Below are positions 58,635 to 64,000 of a stretch of DNA of 64,000 nucleotides, piece after piece. The stretch is from a bacterium. GTDB taxonomy: Bacteria; Electryoneota; JAOADG01. The notes beneath the pieces are model-generated. The model saw nothing but the letters and a program-made list of their open reading frames with translations. It ran no database searches and had not been told where the DNA came from. Within the stretch, counting starts at the first letter, position 1; the number at the start of each line of letters is the position of its first letter. A program made the translations under genes and the position numbers. The stretch lies in the NCBI GenBank assembly GCA_963681965.1, contig OY820579.1:416001-480000 (forward strand), given 5' to 3'.

Positions 58635-61600
58635 ATGATCAACTCACGTGTCAGGTTGCGCTACTGCTTCCTTACAATCATACTAATCGCGAGCTACCAC
58701 ATTGCGATTGCCCAATCGATCATTTCTAATGTACTGGTTTCCCCTCCCGAAAATACCCCGCAAGCGATCGATAACTGGGGTGCTCCCGATAACGATGGAT
58801 ACATGTGGCGCGACAACTTTGAACCGAATGGTCCAACCTATCGGTGGTTCGACATTTCACTCACTGGTACTGACGCTGGAATTTACGGTACCGATCGGCG
58901 TTCGCGCCGGTTTCCGCTGGGAATTACGTTTTCGATTTACGATTCGCTCGTCGATATGTTCAATATCTCGACTGACGGTGAACTCAAATTATATCGCGGT
59001 TTGATTGTAAGATATTCATTGCTTCCCTTTTTTACCCACATGTCCATCGATTCTGCACGAGGCGACTGGATTAAGTATCAGAATTTAGGAACCGACACAT
59101 TGGTTGTCAGTTGGCGAGCACACATTTTGCCGGGAACCAATCGGCTGATCGAATTTCAAGCGCTTCTGGTAACACATAGTTCAATTTTATTCCAATACCG
59201 AACAGTTCCGCAGCCAGCGCTGGCGCGTATCGGATTGAAAAACAGTCTCAACACGCAACTGATGTTGATGAGCGATTCACTTTCATCGTACGCGCTCCCG
59301 GAATTAGCAATCGCAATTAGTCAAACTTCTCACCCGGTATCACCGGTCAATAATTCGTTTATCGCTCCTTCCCAACCGGTCACACTGCAATGGTCTCGGG
59401 ATATTTTCAGCGATTATGTCGATCTCTACCTTTCCGACAATCGCGATAGCATAAGTAATTTGGCGGCTTCAGCCCGAATCGGTTCGAATTTGACGACATC
59501 GAGTTATGTGCTACTAAACAACTTGAACCAGTGGACCAATTATTACTGGACAGTGGTGGGAGTAAATTCAACGACTCATGAACGGATCCCCGGACCATTG
59601 TTCACATTTTTGATCACCGGTTTACCGATGTCGGGGAATTACACAATCGGCGGATTGTACTCGAATTTTGCCTCGATCCATGATGCGATTCGCGTATTGA
59701 ACATTGTCGGAACCACTAGCGACGTTACCTTTCTAATCCAAGGTGGAACCTATTCCGAACCGAGCGATACAATTCTCGCAAGTGCCGGAAGTGGTGCTTC
59801 GCATCGAATCTGCTTCCGACCTGCCAGCAGTTCAGCCGTTCGGATAAATTTTCTTGGAACAGCTGATACGCCCGGTTTAACGCTATTGAATGCCCCGTAC
59901 ATCACATTTGATGGGCGACCGAATAATTCGACCGATTCATCTTTCCTGACCATCACGACACCTGCGAGCCGGGCGATTCTGGTTGCGGAAGCGAGTCACT
60001 ATTGTTCATTCCGCTATCTAACTATATCGATCACCGATTCGGTTCACTCCTCGCATGGCGTGATTGGCGTATCCTTCGATGTGACAGCACCGCAGAATGA
60101 TTCGATCATCCACTGTCAAATATCGGGAGGAGCCAACGGAATTTACTTGTTCGGTGGATCGAGTGCGGCACTGAATGGTTGGTGGATCGAGCAAAACGAG
60201 ATCGTCAACAGCTATAACAAAGGGATTGTTTTAAGTCATAATGTGAATCGTACGACGGTCGTACGCAACTATCTGCATTGGTCGGATCGACATAACGCCA
60301 TTACGGGAATCGAAGTATTGTCGCCTTCGGTAAACGATTCCCTGATTGGAAATAAAGTAATTTGTCCGATCACGTCTGGAGCTGCAACCGGTATCCATTT
60401 TCAAAGTACTACCAGCGGCACGATTGCAAACAATATGATCAGTTTAACTTCGCAATCCGGTAATAGTGTTGCAGGTATTCTGGTGCAGGGTTCCGGAATT
60501 CGAATCTTGCACAATTCGGTCTATGTTTCTTCTGCAGTCAATCCTACAGCGTTCTCGTATGCATTTGGTACGGAAGACATTTTTCCCGGATCGAATTCGA
60601 TTTCTGCGTTCAATAATTTTTTCATATTGATCGATCGTCAGCAGTCGAGTTGCCTGCAACTGGACAATCTGGATAGTAATTCGCAGATCGATTACAACCT
60701 GTATTCGGTAGGGTACAACGGAACGGAAGACACGCAGTATCTTGCCCGTGTCGATGGTACACTGTATAACGATCTGAGTGAGTTGCAATCGTTAATCAAC
60801 GATCAATGGAATATGCATTCCTGGGAAAACTACCCCCCGTTTTTGTCTGCTACCGATCTTCATTTTCCTTCACAAGTATCGACGATAATTGAAAGTCGCG
60901 GAACCCCGACATCGATTCGCTCCGATATCGATGGTCGGCTTCGTAATAGTATGACTCCCGATATCGGATGTGTAGAAGGGGATTTTACCTTTACTACAGA
61001 TTTCACCCCTCCACTCATTCAACACGAGACGTTAACCAATACTTCGTTACGAACACCACGAGTCTGCGTTGCGACAATTACCGATTCGCAACTAGCAACG
61101 GGACCCTTGGCTCCGCGAATCTATTTCAAATCAAAAACTGCGACCACATGGACTAGTGCATCTGCCGATTCGATTCGGAATAACCGATTTTACTTTACCA
61201 TTTCCGGCTATATGACCGGAACAATCGTACAATATTATTTTCTCGCTTGCGATAACAGCAACAATGTGGCGACACTTCCCCTTGGCGGATTCGGTGCAGC
61301 TCCCTACGGTCAGTATCGTCCTCCCACCTTTTTCGAATACACTGTCGAGTTTGGTGCCAGTGCGACTGTCGGTTCCAGTAATGCCGATTTCAGAACGCTC
61401 ACAGAAATTGTAAGAATATTGAATCAAATTGGAATTTCAAGAGACGTTACCGTGTATATCCAAGGCGGCTACTATTATGACTCCACGTTAACTTTTACCA
61501 GATCCATTCACTCCGGCTCCAATGCGCATTTAACTTTTCGACCTGCAGCTGCTCAGGCGGTTGTGGTAATTTCTCGATCGGGACCGAATATTGTATTAAA

Positions 61601-64000
61601 TCAAGCCGACGGAATTACATTCGATGGAAGTACAACCAGTTCCAATACGAACAACTACTTCAATTTCTACGCTAATCTTACGAACATTGAGATCGAAAAC
61701 AGCAGTTTTTGCACGTTCAGCAATATTAATTTTCACGGATACGACGACTCACACGCTTCGGAAACCGCGATTAGCGCAACGGGTGGTCAGTTAACGGTAG
61801 CCAACACGGTTCGACGGTGTGCGATATACTCGAATTACGGGATTTCATTCGAAACGAACGAGCTAACATCCGATTGGACTATTCACAAAAACACTTTTTA
61901 TGGAGACACTTTCGGATATTCAGTTGCCATTTACTTACGTTATGCCGAGAATTTCCGAATCATTCAAAATCAATTAAATCAAACACACATTGTCGGAGTG
62001 AGAGCCGACCGTCTATCGAATTCCATTCTCGATGGCAATTATTTTCCCGTCTCCTCATACGGTATTCAAATTCTCTCGGGTGGCGACAATCGCTTCTCGA
62101 ATAATATGATTGCAGTCAATATGCTTTCGAGCGCCTCGGCATACGGAATCTCCACCGTTCAAGGCAGTAACAATGTTTTTGTTTATAATACGATTCGCGT
62201 CGATGGCCCCCCCTCAACGAACACCACCGTATGCCTCGATATCAAATTGAATTCCGGGATCACGACGATTCACAACAATATTCTGGTAAATGCCCGGTCG
62301 ATGGAAGTAGCAAACCGTTTCAGTGCCTGTCTATCGATCGACTCGCTTTCCGAAAACGATTCGATCGATTACAATGTGCTATCACTTGTCAACGAAACTC
62401 AATACGGTTACCAAAGTGTGTATAAATTCGGCGATCGCACGTTTTTATCAGTCGATGAGCTTCAACTGGATACTACTTATCGTATCGAACGAAATTCAAT
62501 CGGATTGATGCCGATTTTTACCAGCAATACCGATTTAAGCATCGACCCGTTTATTCCCTCACCCGTCGCAGATCGCGGTACTCCACTACTAATTGCCGGT
62601 TTCGATATGGATAGTATACCCAGAAATCGGTTAACTCCGGATATCGGTTGTCAGGAGCGAAATTACCTGTTTCTCGCCGACGTCAGATCTCCGCGCATCA
62701 AACTTACTCCGCTGGCATCGACCTCGGAAACGACACCTCGTGTCGTTCGCACCATTATTACCGACGATCATGCGATTGCATCGGGAACAAACGCTCCACG
62801 GATTTATTACAAGAATTCGACATCGCAGAATTTGAGTTGGCAATACGCCGATTCGATTCGATCAGATTCGGTCTACTATTTTTCGATCCCCGGGTTTCCG
62901 TATGGTTCGGAGATTGAATATTATATTGCGGCACAAGATTCGGTTGAGCATGTGTTCTCAATGCCAGTAGGGGGGCATCGCGCAAATCCTCCTCAAATGA
63001 TCGGGAGTCTCAATCTATACTCTTATTTTGTAATCAGTCCACTTGTCGGCGTAAAAACGATCGGCGGAATCAATCCCGACTTCACCTCACTTAGCAGCGC
63101 ATTTCGTGCACTGAACCTGATGAATGTTGAACCCGGTGGTGTAATTTTTCGAATTCGCGACGGTGTTTACCACGATTCCGATCTTTTTCTTCAGTGCGCG
63201 ACACAATCCAATCGGTCGATACTATTTACGGTCGATTCCGGTGCCACCGTTACGATCGATTTGTCCGGTACACTGTCATTGCAATCTTCCTACACCAGTT
63301 TCGATGGACGGTGGGTCGGATATGCCACCGGCACTCATCTCACGTTTCGAACAAGCGCGCAACTTCCAGCGCTAATCGCCATTGGCGAGAATGTACACAA
63401 TACCCAGTTAACCAACTGTAGGCTGGATCTGTCGCAGCAACTCAATTCTCCCACCTGTCTGACAATTCACACGGGTAATTCCAATTTACCCACATCCGAT
63501 ATCACCATCCGGAATTGCGAAATCATTGGAGGAACCAACGGTATCGTAATCGGTGGATCAAGTACCACAACCGACTCGACGCTCATCTCGAATGTTCAAA
63601 TCGACAATTGTCAGATCGATCGATTTATTCAAAACGGAATTCAAGCAAATATCAGTCGCGGTTTGAGTATCGCACACAGTCGAATTTCAACGGCTTCCAC
63701 CGCCGACACGAATGTCACGGGAATATATCTTGCCGATCATATTGTCGATGGTACGATCAATGGCAACCGGATCGGACCGCTGAGTGGCGGTGCTCAATCG
63801 AAAATTTACGGTATTTTATCACGCGCTTCCCGATCGACGATCATCAACAATATGCTGCTTCTGGGCGACTCAGTATTGAATCGACCAATTAGCGGAATCT
63901 CCCTGAATGGATCGACGATTGGGTCTAATAAAATTCTATTCAACTCGATCGCAATCAGAGGAACATCCACTTCAACCAGCGATGCACTCGAATATAATCG
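58635..64000 (+). CDS. Giant secreted protein with repeated parallel beta-helix modules; 3' end runs off the window
   Basis: Absent from the ORF track (no stop). GGAGG RBS, ATG 58635, signal peptide MINSRVRLRYCFLTIILIASYHIAIAQ, then G.PD.DGY.W.D. Frame spot-checked at 59628, 60951, 62631, 63042 and the window end. Confidence 0.85.
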   Translation, partial: MINSRVRLRYCFLTIILIASYHIAIAQSIISNVLVSPPENTPQAIDNWGAPDNDGYMWRDNFEPNGPTYRWFDISLTGTDAGIYGTDRRSRRFPLGITFSIYDSLVDMFNISTDGELKLYRGLIVRYSLLPFFTHMSIDSARGDWIKYQNLGTDTLVVSWRAHILPGTNRLIEFQALLVTHSSILFQYRTVPQPALARIGLKNSLNTQLMLMSDSLSSYALPELAIAISQTSHPVSPVNNSFIAPSQPVTLQWSRDIFSDYVDLYLSDNRDSISNLAASARIGSNLTTSSYVLLNNLNQWTNYYWTVVGVNSTTHERIPGPLFTFLITGLPMSGNYTIGGLYSNFASIHDAIRVLNIVGTTSDVTFLIQGGTYSEPSDTILASAGSGASHRICFRPASSSAVRINFLGTADTPGLTLLNAPYITFDGRPNNSTDSSFLTITTPASRAILVAEASHYCSFRYLTISITDSVHSSHGVIGVSFDVTAPQNDSIIHCQISGGANGIYLFGGSSAALNGWWIEQNEIVNSYNKGIVLSHNVNRTTVVRNYLHWSDRHNAITGIEVLSPSVNDSLIGNKVICPITSGAATGIHFQSTTSGTIANNMISLTSQSGNSVAGILVQGSGIRILHNSVYVSSAVNPTAFSYAFGTEDIFPGSNSISAFNNFFILIDRQQSSCLQLDNLDSNSQIDYNLYSVGYNGTEDTQYLARVDGTLYNDLSELQSLINDQWNMHSWENYPPFLSATDLHFPSQVSTIIESRGTPTSIRSDIDGRLRNSMTPDIGCVEGDFTFTTDFTPPLIQHETLTNTSLRTPRVCVATITDSQLATGPLAPRIYFKSKTATTWTSASADSIRNNRFYFTISGYMTGTIVQYYFLACDNSNNVATLPLGGFGAAPYGQYRPPTFFEYTVEFGASATVGSSNADFRTLTEIVRILNQIGISRDVTVYIQGGYYYDSTLTFTRSIHSGSNAHLTFRPAAAQAVVVISRSGPNIVLNQADGITFDGSTTSSNTNNYFNFYANLTNIEIENSSFCTFSNINFHGYDDSHASETAISATGGQLTVANTVRRCAIYSNYGISFETNELTSDWTIHKNTFYGDTFGYSVAIYLRYAENFRIIQNQLNQTHIVGVRADRLSNSILDGNYFPVSSYGIQILSGGDNRFSNNMIAVNMLSSASAYGISTVQGSNNVFVYNTIRVDGPPSTNTTVCLDIKLNSGITTIHNNILVNARSMEVANRFSACLSIDSLSENDSIDYNVLSLVNETQYGYQSVYKFGDRTFLSVDELQLDTTYRIERNSIGLMPIFTSNTDLSIDPFIPSPVADRGTPLLIAGFDMDSIPRNRLTPDIGCQERNYLFLADVRSPRIKLTPLASTSETTPRVVRTIITDDHAIASGTNAPRIYYKNSTSQNLSWQYADSIRSDSVYYFSIPGFPYGSEIEYYIAAQDSVEHVFSMPVGGHRANPPQMIGSLNLYSYFVISPLVGVKTIGGINPDFTSLSSAFRALNLMNVEPGGVIFRIRDGVYHDSDLFLQCATQSNRSILFTVDSGATVTIDLSGTLSLQSSYTSFDGRWVGYATGTHLTFRTSAQLPALIAIGENVHNTQLTNCRLDLSQQLNSPTCLTIHTGNSNLPTSDITIRNCEIIGGTNGIVIGGSSTTTDSTLISNVQIDNCQIDRFIQNGIQANISRGLSIAHSRISTASTADTNVTGIYLADHIVDGTINGNRIGPLSGGAQSKIYGILSRASRSTIINNMLLLGDSVLNRPISGISLNGSTIGSNKILFNSIAIRGTSTSTSDALEYN

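Overview
Bacterial chromosomal window, probably FCB-superphylum: several secreted proteins end in a PNPFN-type (T9SS-A/FlgD-Ig-like) C-terminal domain. Left end: a partial soluble-adenylyl-cyclase-like class III cyclase/NTPase gene. Next is a small accessory island just 3' of tRNA-Met(CAU), holding a large serine recombinase operon, two extra degenerate copies of the recombinase 3' end, and a two-gene CBASS-type module (SMODS nucleotidyltransferase + SLATT 2TM effector). The middle is mostly housekeeping (MgtC/SapB, EamA, rlmD, dusB, rhomboid, dapF, FAH family, TatD, histone H1-like, trpF/pabB-C/pabA/prmA, site-2 protease, dacB, ftcD) plus many secreted proteins. The right end has an AraC/GyrI regulator and a >5.3 kb secreted beta-helix repeat gene running off the window. 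Most unusual signals: (i) GTAG/GGAG-led palindromes (REP-like) found as a heterogeneous array of about 8 different hairpins, as covarying modular cargo inside a TA-flanked MITE (3 copies), and as in-frame insertions translated within an SBBP-repeat gene; (ii) an AmmeMemoRadiSam operon that appears to be exported (Tat-signal radical SAM enzyme, lipoprotein Memo-AMMECR1 fusion) next to an MFS-like membrane protein carrying a SAM-binding domain. Product calls rest on motif recognition by eye; no searches were run.
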